DNA from: Candidatus Omnitrophota bacterium
GTDB taxonomy: Bacteria > Omnitrophota > Omnitrophia > Omnitrophales > Aquincolibacteriaceae
Assembly: GCA_035368605.1 (NCBI GenBank)
Contig: DAOSLF010000012.1
Span: forward strand, 1-57,181
Reading direction: 5' to 3'
Length of the DNA stretch: 57,181 nucleotides
In this document: positions 19,908 to 29,718 of the stretch, one piece after another
How the letters are laid out: each line of letters starts with the position of its first letter
Numbering within the stretch: the first letter of the stretch is position 1
Made by a program: the position numbers and the translations under genes
Notes under the pieces: model-generated
Told to the model about the DNA's origin: nothing
Seen by the model: the letters and a program-made list of their open reading frames with translations, nothing else
The model's database searches: none

Positions 19908-21026
19908 CTAGCGAGGGCAGGTGCCCTGCACGAACTTCCGGACCAGTTCGCGCGCTTCGTAGTCGGCGATCTGTTTCGGCGGATGCTTCATGGTGTAAGC
20001 CGACATCGAAATGAGCGGTCCGCCAATCTTGCGGTCGCGGGCGATCTTGCAGGCGCGGATCGCATCAATGGAACAACCGGCGCTATTCGGAGAGTCTTCG
20101 ACCGAAAGGCGGCACTCGAGCGACACGGGGAAACCGGCAAAGCCGCGGCCTTCGATGCGGAGGTAGCAGACCTTGTTGTCGTTCTGCCACGGAACGTAAT
20201 CGGAAGGACCGATATGGATATTATCGGCTTCGAGAGGTGTGTCGAGCTGGCTCTGGACCGCGGAGGTCTTCGAAATCTTCTTCGATTCGAGGCGGGCGCG
20301 GTTGAGCATGTTGAGGAAGTCCGTGTTGCCGCCCGTGTTGAGCTGGTACGTGCGGTCGATCTTGACGCCGCGTTCGCTGAAAAGCTTCGCGAGCGTGCGG
20401 TGGGTGATCGTCGCGCCGACCTGGGCCTTGATGTCGTCGCCAACGCAGGGGATGCGCTTGGCCTCGAAACGCTTTGCCCACGCGGGGTTGGAAACGATGA
20501 AGACCGGCATGCAGTTGATGAGGCTGACACCCGTCTTGAGGCACGCGTCAGCGTAGAACTCCGTCGCTTTTTGCGAACCGACGGGGAGGTAGTTGAGCAG
20601 AATCTCGGCGCCGGTCTCTTTAAGAATCTTCTCGACGTTCGCGGGTTTCTTGTCCGCGACGAGGAACGTGCGGTTGTCCGGATAATTCTTCATGTGCTCG
20701 GAAACGCCGTCCAGGATATGACCCATTTCAACGCGGACCTTGCTTTTGGCGATATCGGACAACCGGAGGATGCAGTTCGGCTTCGCGCGAAGCGCCACAT
20801 CGAGCCTTTCGCCGACCTTGCGTTTATCGATATCGAACGCAGCGACTACCTCGATGTCATCCGGTGCGTAACCGCCCATCTCATCGTTCATCAGACCGAA
20901 GCATTCGATGTCTTTCCGCTTGCCGGACTTCTTTTCGGCCGCGATGCGGCGATAGTACTCGATTCCCTCGAGAAGGGACGCCGCGCAGTTTCCGCAGCCG
21001 ACGATAGCGATCTTGATCTTTGCCAT
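19908..21026 (-). CDS. ino1: myo-inositol-1-phosphate (inositol-3-phosphate) synthase
   Basis: 'KIKIAIVGCGNCAASLLEGIEYY' is the N-terminal Rossmann signature of archaeal/actinobacterial-type MIPS. AGGAGG lies before the ATG at 21026 (the track ORF extends to 21116). Confidence 0.88.
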   Translation of the reverse strand: MAKIKIAIVGCGNCAASLLEGIEYYRRIAAEKKSGKRKDIECFGLMNDEMGGYAPDDIEVVAAFDIDKRKVGERLDVALRAKPNCILRLSDIAKSKVRVEMGHILDGVSEHMKNYPDNRTFLVADKKPANVEKILKETGAEILLNYLPVGSQKATEFYADACLKTGVSLINCMPVFIVSNPAWAKRFEAKRIPCVGDDIKAQVGATITHRTLAKLFSERGVKIDRTYQLNTGGNTDFLNMLNRARLESKKISKTSAVQSQLDTPLEADNIHIGPSDYVPWQNDNKVCYLRIEGRGFAGFPVSLECRLSVEDSPNSAGCSIDAIRACKIARDRKIGGPLISMSAYTMKHPPKQIADYEARELVRKFVQGTCPR

Positions 21027-21303
21027 TGGTTTTTTTCCTCCTGGATTGTGAATGAAAGCGAAAGATTTTGCGAGTGGGTAATTATGATAATCACCGAACA
21101 TCCTAAAATCAAGCAAAAGAAGGTTTCTCTAAACCTAAATATTATAGGAAGTTACAATCAGTACGTCCGATAAACATAATATTTTTTATAAAAGAGCGAG
21201 GTGTCTCTATGCTATGATGTCCGGAAATCAGGGTTCCTGATAAAGATATCAGCGCGTATTTTTAGCCGAAAAGATCGCAAAATAAGCAAAATAAGGAGTA
21301 TGC

Positions 21304-21624
21304 ATGGTTACCTACGAAGACTTCCAGAAACTTGAGATCAGGATTGCCGAGATCGAGACCGTCACTCCTCATCCGAACGCGGATCGTCTCTATGTCCTGG
21401 GCATCAAGGTCGGGGATGTCAAAAAGACCATCGTGGCCGGGATTCGGAACCACTACACCGAAGATGAACTCAAGGGAAAAAAGATCGTCATTATCGACAA
21501 TTTAGCCCCCGCCGTGATCCGGGGGGTGGAGTCGAACGGAATGCTTCTTGCCGCGTCGAACGAGACCCTGCTGACCCTTGTGGTGCCGGACCGTCCGATC
21601 GCGGACGGGGCGAAGGTGAAATAA
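21304..21624 (+). CDS. csaA: tRNA-binding domain protein (CsaA/EMAP-like)
   Basis: 'FQKLEIRIAEIETVTPHPNADRLYVLGIKVGD...IIDNLAPAVIRGVESNGMLLAA'. Confidence 0.85.
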   Translation: MVTYEDFQKLEIRIAEIETVTPHPNADRLYVLGIKVGDVKKTIVAGIRNHYTEDELKGKKIVIIDNLAPAVIRGVESNGMLLAASNETLLTLVVPDRPIADGAKVK

Positions 21625-21695
21625 CCCGAAAGGGTCCGCCTGAACAAGCCTTATTCTTGTCAAAGAAGTTGCGCTGTGTTACCATCCCTGCCTCT

Positions 21696-23030
21696 ATGAA
21701 GCTTGCGGCCTCCGAAAAGACAAAACCTTTCCTCGATTGCCAGCCGATGCGCGCATGGCGGTACAACACGAACCGCCTGGACATCTCGAACGTGATTGCG
21801 CCGCCGTATGATGTGATCTCTCCGGAAAAACAGCAGAAGCTCTGCGACCGATCGCCCTATAACGTGGTCCGCCTGATCCTGAACCAAAAAGGGGCTGCGG
21901 ATAACGATCAGAACAACACCTATACGCGCGCGCGGGACCTCCTCAAGGACTGGCAGGAAAAATCGATCCTGATTCGGGAGGATGAGCCGTCTTTTTATGT
22001 GTATCGCCAGACCTTTAAAGACCCGGTCAGCGGCCAGACGAAGAACCGGAGTGCCCTTCTGGGTCGCGTCCGCCTTCAGCCCTTTGAGAACGGCATCATT
22101 GTCCCTCACGAAAAGACGTTGCGCGGTCCCAAAGCGGATCGCATGAACCTGATCCGGATGGTCAAAACGAACCTCTCGCCGGTCTTCGGTCTTTATAAAG
22201 ATGAAGGGTATCAGGTTCGCGGTCTCGTCCAGGATCCCCTCAATTCCCGTTCGGTCTTTCAAGCCGCCGATGATGAGGGTATAGTTCACAGTCTTTCGGC
22301 CATTTCGGACCCCGACATCATCGCCAAACTGCATGCGGCAATGAAGTCGAAAAAGATTTATATCGCGGACGGCCACCACCGCTATGAAACGGCCCTTGAA
22401 TACGCGAGACAGCTCCGTCAGGAAACGGGCGTTTCGGAAAAGGTCATCATGCCGTACGATTATATGTACATGGCCCTGGTCAGTTTTGACGACCCCGGGT
22501 TCATCGTGCTTCCGACACACCGGATCGTTTCCGATCTTGGTATGGACGATCGGACCGCAATCCGGAAGCTCCAGGAGTTCTTCACCGTCGAGCCCTCCAC
22601 GGTGTCCGAACTGGAAAAGGTCACCGCGGGTTATGATGATGGCGGGATCACTTTCGGTCTCATGCTCCGCGACGAAAAAGCCTTCATCCTCAAAATGATC
22701 GACAAAACCAAGGCGAAGGCCCGCATCGGGCAGGAAAAACCGGAGGTCTGGTATGACCTCAACGTCAACATCCTCGGGCATCTTGTTTTTGCCCGAATCC
22801 TCGGTATTCCCGAGACCCGCTGGGAATCGATCCTCAAGTTCGAGCATACCGTGAAAGGTGCCGTCGATCCCGTCCGGAAAGGGGCGGCCCAGGCCGCGTT
22901 CTTCCTCAAGCCTCCCAAAGTCGAGATGCTTGAAAAGATGGGCGCTGTGGGTGAACGCATGCCCCAGAAGTCGACCTATTTTTATCCCAAGCTTGCCAGC
23001 GGTCTTGTTTTCTATTCGCACGACGACTGA
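21696..23030 (+). CDS. DUF1015 family protein
   Basis: 'KPF...RAWRYN' N-terminus and 'IYIADGHHRYETALEY'. Start chosen at MKLAAS (the track starts at 21657). Confidence 0.8.
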   Translation: MKLAASEKTKPFLDCQPMRAWRYNTNRLDISNVIAPPYDVISPEKQQKLCDRSPYNVVRLILNQKGAADNDQNNTYTRARDLLKDWQEKSILIREDEPSFYVYRQTFKDPVSGQTKNRSALLGRVRLQPFENGIIVPHEKTLRGPKADRMNLIRMVKTNLSPVFGLYKDEGYQVRGLVQDPLNSRSVFQAADDEGIVHSLSAISDPDIIAKLHAAMKSKKIYIADGHHRYETALEYARQLRQETGVSEKVIMPYDYMYMALVSFDDPGFIVLPTHRIVSDLGMDDRTAIRKLQEFFTVEPSTVSELEKVTAGYDDGGITFGLMLRDEKAFILKMIDKTKAKARIGQEKPEVWYDLNVNILGHLVFARILGIPETRWESILKFEHTVKGAVDPVRKGAAQAAFFLKPPKVEMLEKMGAVGERMPQKSTYFYPKLASGLVFYSHDD

Positions 23031-23104
23031 TCGTCATCGCTTCTTTTCTTCAATGCCCGGTTCCGGAGCCTTCCGGAATCCGGTCTGATCCGGGATGTTC
23101 CGCA

Positions 23105-23635
23105 ATGGCTCGCCGCGTTAAAATATTTCGTTCCGAAATGACGCCATGGGAGGTTTTCCGGAACGTCTGCTGCCGCTCTCCCGTTTGTTTTTTTCTGGAT
23201 AGCCCCCGCTACGCTCCGCCCGACCAGGTGTTCCTGGATGGCGGGAATTATCTGACCGAGACCCGTACCGCGAACCTTTTCCTCGTAAAACACCGTATCC
23301 AACCTCGTAGGTTGGACAGGTTCAACCTCTCGGGTTTGGGGGGTGAAAGCCCGGAACTTCTGACGCCGCCGGAGCATCTAATCTTGAATGGAGTGACCCG
23401 GCGCTTTGTGATAAAATGTGCGCTCGCGTTCGGGCTCACGGTCCGGGAAACGCCCCTGACACGACACGATTTTTTCAACGCGGATGAAGCTTTCCTCACC
23501 AACGCATCCTGGGAGATCCTTGCGGTGCGCGCATTGGACGGACGCAGGATCGGCAAGAAGGTTCCGGGCCCCGTCACGACGGAGCTCCACCGCCTTTTCA
23601 AGAGGAGGGTTCAAGCATCATGTCCAGGCAAGTGA
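23105..23635 (+). pseudogene. remnant of a pabB-pabC (aminodeoxychorismate synthase/lyase) fusion
   Basis: The N-terminal ~35 aa ('EVFRNV...VCFFLDS') resemble the start of PabB. The rest ('ETRTANLFLVK...LLTPPEHLILNGVTRRFVI...ADEAFLTNASWEILAV..IDG..IG...GPVTTEL') is only the C-terminal half of a class IV aminotransferase. It also carries a ~66-nt insertion containing a palindromic repeat. Confidence 0.5.
23298..23316. repeat. REP-like palindrome tccaacct-cgt-aggttgga
   Basis: Perfect 8-bp stem with a 3-nt loop. The 18-mer atccaacctcgtaggttg (23297-23314) is identical to 53388-53405. Confidence 0.8.
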
Positions 23636-25194
23636 TCCGTCGCGCGCTCATCAGCGTTTCCGACAAGAACGGTCTCATTCCTTTTGCCCGAACGCTCCGA
23701 AAACACAAGGTCGAGATCCTGTCGACCGGCGGCACGCTCAGGGCCCTCAAAGGAGCGGGTATTCCGGCCAAGGCGGTCGATGAATTCACGGGGTTCCCCG
23801 AAATACTCGACGGCCGCGTCAAGACCCTGCATCCCAGGATTCACGGAGGCCTCCTTTATCTCCGCGCGAAGAAAAGCCACCGGGACCAGGTCAGGAAACA
23901 CGGCATCCAGCCGATTGATCTCGTCGTCGTGAACCTTTATCCGTTCGAATCCGCGACCGCGAAAGGGAACCTCGCCCTCCGTGAGGCGATCGAATTCATC
24001 GATATTGGCGGCCCTTCAATGCTCCGTTCAGCCGCGAAGAACAGCGAGTCCGTTACGGTCGTCACCGATCCCGCCGATTACGACCGCGTAATCGCGGAAA
24101 TGGACGCGAACAAGGGTTCCGTGACCGGCGAGCTCCGGTTTGATCTCGCGCAAAAGGTCTTTGAACGCACCTCCGCATACGATGCCGTGATCAGCCAATA
24201 CCTTGCCGCGCACAAGAAGAAGACCGACGCGGAGGGCCTTCCGGCCCAGTTCGTGTCTCATTTCAAGAAAGCCCAGGCTCTGCGCTACGGCGAAAACCCG
24301 CACCAGAAGGCGGCGTTCTATGCCTGCACCACGCGCAAGGCCTCGGCCGCCTGGAAGCAACTCCATGGCAAGGAACTTTCCTACAATAACCTGCTCGATA
24401 TCGAGGCAACGCTGGATGTCCTCGCCGAATTCAGCGCGCCCGCGGCATGCGTCATCAAGCACAACAATCCCTGCGGCATCGCCACCGATCCCGACCTTGT
24501 GAAGGCCGTGGAAGGAGCGATCGATTCCGACGCGCTTTCCGCGTTCGGCGGAATCGTAGGGTTGAACCGTTCCTGCGACCTGAAAACGGCGCAGAAGATT
24601 CTCGAAAAGCTCGGATTCTTCGAGGTCCTGATCGCCCCGTCGTTCAAAGCGGCCGCGCTCAAGGTCCTGAAGGAGCGCAAGAACCTCCGCCTGATCGAGG
24701 TCGACGATTTCCGCGACGCCTATCCGTATGATTTCAAATTCCTCCGCAGCGGTGTTCTTGTGCAGGAAAAAGACCGTCCGATCCGGGAGCGCATGGCGAA
24801 GCTGAAGAAAAAACTCCGGTTCGTGACAAAGGCGAAGCTGACCGGCGCCGAGATCGACGCGCTCCTTTTCGCCTTCCAGTGTTCGAAGGTCGTAAAGTCG
24901 AACGCGATCATCCTGACGCAGGGCAAACGCACGGTCGGCGTGGGAGCAGGCCAGATGTCGCGCGTCGATTCCATGCAAATCGCTCTCTCGAAGGCCGGTT
25001 ATCTCGCCGAAGGCTGCTACATCGGTTCCGATGCCTTTTTCCCGATGCCGGACTCGATCGAGATCGCGGCGAAGCACAAGGTCAAGGCCATCATCCAGCC
25101 CGGCGGTTCCATCAGGGACGCGGACGTGATCGCGGCCTGCGATGCGGCCGGCATTGCCATGGCGTTCACGGGCGAGCGGCATTTTAGACATTAA
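23620..25194 (+). CDS. purH: bifunctional AICAR transformylase / IMP cyclohydrolase
   Basis: 524 aa. 'ALISVSDKNG', 'GGTLRAL', 'DGRVKTLHPRIHGG', 'NLYPF' and 'IIQPGGSIRD'. Confidence 0.96.
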   Translation: MSRQVIRRALISVSDKNGLIPFARTLRKHKVEILSTGGTLRALKGAGIPAKAVDEFTGFPEILDGRVKTLHPRIHGGLLYLRAKKSHRDQVRKHGIQPIDLVVVNLYPFESATAKGNLALREAIEFIDIGGPSMLRSAAKNSESVTVVTDPADYDRVIAEMDANKGSVTGELRFDLAQKVFERTSAYDAVISQYLAAHKKKTDAEGLPAQFVSHFKKAQALRYGENPHQKAAFYACTTRKASAAWKQLHGKELSYNNLLDIEATLDVLAEFSAPAACVIKHNNPCGIATDPDLVKAVEGAIDSDALSAFGGIVGLNRSCDLKTAQKILEKLGFFEVLIAPSFKAAALKVLKERKNLRLIEVDDFRDAYPYDFKFLRSGVLVQEKDRPIRERMAKLKKKLRFVTKAKLTGAEIDALLFAFQCSKVVKSNAIILTQGKRTVGVGAGQMSRVDSMQIALSKAGYLAEGCYIGSDAFFPMPDSIEIAAKHKVKAIIQPGGSIRDADVIAACDAAGIAMAFTGERHFRH

Positions 25195-25268
25195 ATGAAA
25201 CGCGACACATGCCGCGAAGCCACGAGGGAATTCCCGTGACGCGCGGCATATGGCCTTGTGGCTCGGAA

Positions 25269-26555
25269 ATGAACTACTCCCAATCCCTCAGCTATCTCGA
25301 TTCATTCCTGAATCTGGAAAGGCTGAGCCATCTCCCGCGAAATTCTTTTTTTAACCTGCGCCGGATGGAACATCTGCTCCGGATCGCGGGCCGCCCCGAG
25401 AAAAAATTCTTTCCCATCCTCATCACAGGCACGACCGGCAAAGGTTCCACCGGTTTTTTTCTCGAATCCATCCTGAAAGAGAACGGTATTGCCGTTGGTT
25501 ATTATCACTCACCGCACGTGGAAGATGTCCGCGAACGGATCCGCCTCGACGGACGGATGGCTCCGGAAGCGCTCTGGGCCTGCGGTCTGTCCCGGGTCCG
25601 GACGATGCTCGCGAAGCACCCCGTGCCGGCCACGCTCGGATGCCTGACCTATTTCGAGGTCATGACGTTCCTCGCCATTCTTCTTTTTTCGGAGACCGGC
25701 CGCCGCATCGGGATCTTCGAGATCGGTCTTGGCGGAAGGCTCGACGCGACGAACGTCCTCCGGGCGCCGCTTGTGATCCTGACGCCGATCCATCTCGATC
25801 ACACGCATTTTCTCGGAGACACGGTCGCGAAGATCGCGCGCGAGAAGGCGGGGATCATCAAGAAACACTGCTGTGTCATATCGGTCCGGCAGACGCCGGA
25901 GGCCGCGCGGGCGATCCGGAAAGCGGCTGAGAAAAATCACGCCCGCGTTATCGAAGCGAATCCTTATCGAAAAGGAAAAGCCGGACTGGCCGGCGATTTT
26001 CAGAACGTCAATGCGGGGGCCGCGGTCCAGGCCGCGCGGGTTCTCCGGCTTGTCTTCGGGTTCAGGATCGATCCGGCGACCTACGGGCGGGCGCTGATAA
26101 ACCGGGACTGGAAAGGACGGATGGAGACCGTTCCGAATCGGGGAAGGGTCTTTATCCTCGACGGGGCACATAATCCGCTTTCGGTCCGGGCTCTGGCGAG
26201 ATCGTTCGACACCCTCTGCGGCCGCGGGCGGCAAAAAAGACGCCTTGCGGTTTTTGGAGCGATGCAGGATAAGGATTCGAAAAAAATGCTGGAGCATTTG
26301 AGCCGGAGTTTCGACAGCGTCGTTCTCACCCGCGTCGGAAACCCGCGCGCCCGTTCCGTCGGGGCGCTTCTTGACGAAGCGAAAGGGCTTTTCAAATGTG
26401 TGGTCCCCGCGCAAAATACCGAAGAAGCCCTTGCGCTGGCCCGTGAATTGACCGGTGACGGGGAAAAGATCCTGGTGACCGGATCGTTTTATCTGGCCGG
26501 TGAAGCGCGTAAAATCCTGAAAAACGGGATTCGGGATCAGGTCCTGATTATTTAA
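25269..26555 (+). CDS. folC: folylpolyglutamate synthase / dihydrofolate synthase
   Basis: 'ITGTTGKGST' P-loop and 'LDGAHNP'. Start chosen at MNYSQS (the track starts at 25209). Confidence 0.9.
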   Translation: MNYSQSLSYLDSFLNLERLSHLPRNSFFNLRRMEHLLRIAGRPEKKFFPILITGTTGKGSTGFFLESILKENGIAVGYYHSPHVEDVRERIRLDGRMAPEALWACGLSRVRTMLAKHPVPATLGCLTYFEVMTFLAILLFSETGRRIGIFEIGLGGRLDATNVLRAPLVILTPIHLDHTHFLGDTVAKIAREKAGIIKKHCCVISVRQTPEAARAIRKAAEKNHARVIEANPYRKGKAGLAGDFQNVNAGAAVQAARVLRLVFGFRIDPATYGRALINRDWKGRMETVPNRGRVFILDGAHNPLSVRALARSFDTLCGRGRQKRRLAVFGAMQDKDSKKMLEHLSRSFDSVVLTRVGNPRARSVGALLDEAKGLFKCVVPAQNTEEALALARELTGDGEKILVTGSFYLAGEARKILKNGIRDQVLII

Positions 26556-27947
26556 ATGCCCAAACTCGAACTTGAAGATACAATCGCGGCGATAGCGACT
26601 CCTCTCGGGGAAGGCGGCATTTCCGTTATCCGGTTGAGCGGCCCCGGAGCCTTCGCGTGTGCCCGTCCCTTTTTCACCGCACCGTCACCGACGTCGATCG
26701 AAGAGTTTCCCGCGAACACGATCCATTGGGGAAAGATCACCGACCGGGAAGGCCGCATGGTGGATCAGGTCCTTCTCAGCGTGTTCCGCGCACCGCATTC
26801 CTATACGGGACAGGATGTGCTCGAAGTCAGCTGCCATGGCGGTCTTGCCGTCACGAAAAAGATCCTCGGCCTTTTTCTCGCCAACGGGGCCCGCCACGCC
26901 GAACCGGGGGAGTTCACGCGCCGGGCGTTTCTGTCGGGCAAGATCGATCTCACGCAGGCCGAAGCGGTCCTCGACCTGATCCATGCGAAAAGCGACCGTT
27001 CGCTCGATATCGCGGTCCGGCAGCTCGCGGGCCAGCTTTCCCGGAGGTTCAAGGCCCTGAAAGACTTGATCCTGAAGCTTCTCGCGCATCTGGAGGTTTA
27101 TGTCGATTTCCCGGAAGAAGAGCCGGAGACCGATGTAAACGAGGGGATGCGTGAAAGGTTCTCGGCGATCGAAGCCGAAATGCGATCGCTCCTTGATGGA
27201 TTCGGACGGAACCAGCTGGTCCGCGAGGGTGCGCTGGTGACGATCCTCGGAAAACCGAACGCCGGGAAATCCTCGCTGTTCAACGCGCTTCTCGATCGCG
27301 ACCGCGCCCTTGTCTCCGATATCCCGCATACGACCCGTGACCATCTCGAGGAGTCGCTCGAGATGGGAGGTTTTTATGTCCGTATCCGTGACACCGCCGG
27401 CCTTGTCCCGGTCCCCGGGCATCCGCTTGAGCGCCTCGGCATGGAAAAGACCCTCCAGGCCATCGCGGAAAGTCATCTCGTGCTTTTCCTCGTTGATGGT
27501 TCCGTGGGCCTGGATGACGATGACCGTCATGTTTTCGAAAAAATCCCGAAAGAGAAAGCGCTTCTTGTGCTTGTAAACAAGGCGGATCTTCCGATGAAAC
27601 TGGATGCGGCGGGACTTGCCGCTTTGACCGGAGGAACGGACAGCATCCGGATCTCCACTCGGACCCGCGAAGGGCTCAAAGAGCTCGAACGGAAGATCGC
27701 GGCTTTCCTTGAAAAGGAGACCGGAGAAGAGGGTGAGCAGATCACCAAGCTCCGGCACAAGGATGTCCTGGAAAAAGCCCGTGACGCGGTGCGTCGCGCA
27801 AGAGAGACCTTTGACCGAAAAGAATCCTTCGAACTTGTGTCGGTCGATCTTCGCGACGCGATCGAGGCCATGAAGGAATTGACCGGCGAGATTTATTCGG
27901 AAGATATTCTGGACGTTCTTTTTTCAGAGTTTTGCATCGGGAAATAA
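26556..27947 (+). CDS. mnmE: tRNA modification GTPase
   Basis: 'DTIAAIATP', 'GKPNAGKSSLFNAL', 'DTAG' and a C-terminal 'CIGK'. Confidence 0.95.
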   Translation: MPKLELEDTIAAIATPLGEGGISVIRLSGPGAFACARPFFTAPSPTSIEEFPANTIHWGKITDREGRMVDQVLLSVFRAPHSYTGQDVLEVSCHGGLAVTKKILGLFLANGARHAEPGEFTRRAFLSGKIDLTQAEAVLDLIHAKSDRSLDIAVRQLAGQLSRRFKALKDLILKLLAHLEVYVDFPEEEPETDVNEGMRERFSAIEAEMRSLLDGFGRNQLVREGALVTILGKPNAGKSSLFNALLDRDRALVSDIPHTTRDHLEESLEMGGFYVRIRDTAGLVPVPGHPLERLGMEKTLQAIAESHLVLFLVDGSVGLDDDDRHVFEKIPKEKALLVLVNKADLPMKLDAAGLAALTGGTDSIRISTRTREGLKELERKIAAFLEKETGEEGEQITKLRHKDVLEKARDAVRRARETFDRKESFELVSVDLRDAIEAMKELTGEIYSEDILDVLFSEFCIGK

Positions 27948-27948
27948 T

Positions 27949-29718
27949 ATGGCCCAACAAGAACCGTTCGACGCAGTCGAAGTGACCGACACGACCGGGA
28001 AGCTCTTCACCCGCACCCGGTCCCGCCGGTATATGGATTGGCTTCGCATCGGCGTGTATACGCTGACCATCGGAGTCTTTGCGGCGCTCTTTACGACGGG
28101 TGTTCTGGACCGGGCGGAGAATATAGTCTTCGATGCGTTCCAGCGTGCCGGCGGATTCACGCGGACCGATCCCCGGATAGCGCTGGTTGAGATCACCGGC
28201 GAAACGATCGATGAGGTAGGCTCCTGGCCCTGGCCCCGCCGCTATTTCGCCGTCATGGCCCGCTTGTTGGACCAGTGGGGCGCTGCGGCGATCGTTCCCG
28301 ATATCACCTTTCGCAACGAGACGACCCCGCGGGATGACCAGGATCTGATCCGGGCGCTTCAAAGGATCCGTACGCCGCTCTATCTCCCGGTCGAGTATGA
28401 GTTACGGCGCGACAAGAAGTTCTGGATCCACGGACTTCCCGTGGTCATTGAAAAAAGCGACGGGAAGATGGAGTGGGTGCACTCCCTCGCGGAAATCGAA
28501 GCCAGTGCGAAAGGGCTCGGGCATCATTATTTCGAGCCCGATCCCGACGGTGTCCTGAGACGGTTTTCCCCGGAGCTTTCGTCCGGAACGACGGTTTTTC
28601 CGCAAGTCGCGTTGTTGGCCGCCCGGGAGATTTCAGGGGGCCCGGCCGTTCCGGAAAAGAAGGATGTTCGTGTGACGGAGATCCTTCCGTGGGTCGCGGG
28701 GTGGGAGAACCGTTTCACGCGTTTCAGTTATTCGGATCTCATCCATAGCTACTATGGCCTTCAAAAAGGCATGGTCCCCGTCATTTCCCCCGAAGCGGTA
28801 AAAGGCAAGATATGTTTTATCGGCGTTACCGCCGGAGGAAACGCCGAATCGAGGATGACGGCCTTCGGGGTTTCCTGTCCTCGCGTAGCGCTTAATGCCC
28901 AGATCGCGAATGCCGCGCTGACCGGACAATGGATCCGCGGTGTTCCCCGGCCGGTGAACCTGTTGCTCATCCTGATCACGGGCGTCGTTGCCGCTTTTCT
29001 GTTCATGGTGCTGCGCGGTCCCGTGGCGCTTATTGCCGGTTTCTGTTTCGGACTCGGATGGCTTGGGGCCGCGTTTGCTGTTTTCAGGTTCGCTCGCGTG
29101 TGGATTTTCCCGGCGCATCCGATGCTCCTGATCTTTTCGCTTTTTGTTTTTTCTGCGATCTATGTCCAGGCTACCGCCACGCGGGAACGCTCGGCCCTTT
29201 TTCATCTTGCCACGCGTGACGGATTGACGGAGCTTTATGTGATCCGGCATTTCCGTCTCATCATGAACCAGCTTGTCCGTGAAGCGTTCATGCGGAAAGA
29301 GCCTCTCTCGGTCATTCTTCTCGACATCGATCACTTCAAGGGGATCAACGATACTTACGGCCACCTTGCCGGGGACATGGTCCTCAAGAAAATCGCCCAC
29401 ACCCTGGTCACGTCCATCCGGAAGAAGAGGCCGTTCTCGCAGGTGGACTTTGCGGCCCGTTACGGCGGGGAGGAGTTTATTCTCATGCTCCGGAAATCGG
29501 GGTTCCGGGAAACGGTCGAAAGGGTCGCAGAACGGCTCCGGCAGAAAGTCGAAGGCCTCAGCTTCGAATGGGACGGGAAACCTTTCCGGGTCACCATCAG
29601 CCTCGGGGTGTCCACGCTTCGCCCCGGAGAGAATGTCCCCGATCCGATGGTCCACCGCGCTGATGTTGCTCTCTACAAAGCCAAGGAGTCCGGGCGGAAT
29701 AAAGTTTGTTCGGAATAA
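27949..29718 (+). CDS. CHASE2-domain sensor diguanylate cyclase (GGDEF)
   Basis: N-terminal 'GSWPWPRRYFA' (CHASE2), three or four TM segments, and a C-terminal 'DIDHFKGINDTYGHLAGD...RYGGEEF'. Confidence 0.9.
   Translation: MAQQEPFDAVEVTDTTGKLFTRTRSRRYMDWLRIGVYTLTIGVFAALFTTGVLDRAENIVFDAFQRAGGFTRTDPRIALVEITGETIDEVGSWPWPRRYFAVMARLLDQWGAAAIVPDITFRNETTPRDDQDLIRALQRIRTPLYLPVEYELRRDKKFWIHGLPVVIEKSDGKMEWVHSLAEIEASAKGLGHHYFEPDPDGVLRRFSPELSSGTTVFPQVALLAAREISGGPAVPEKKDVRVTEILPWVAGWENRFTRFSYSDLIHSYYGLQKGMVPVISPEAVKGKICFIGVTAGGNAESRMTAFGVSCPRVALNAQIANAALTGQWIRGVPRPVNLLLILITGVVAAFLFMVLRGPVALIAGFCFGLGWLGAAFAVFRFARVWIFPAHPMLLIFSLFVFSAIYVQATATRERSALFHLATRDGLTELYVIRHFRLIMNQLVREAFMRKEPLSVILLDIDHFKGINDTYGHLAGDMVLKKIAHTLVTSIRKKRPFSQVDFAARYGGEEFILMLRKSGFRETVERVAERLRQKVEGLSFEWDGKPFRVTISLGVSTLRPGENVPDPMVHRADVALYKAKESGRNKVCSE

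Noticed and set aside
19836-21173. 445-aa plus-strand ORF overlapping ino1.
   Set aside because: It is antisense to a clear inositol-1-phosphate synthase. Its composition is Arg/Asp/Ala-rich and it has no recognisable domain.
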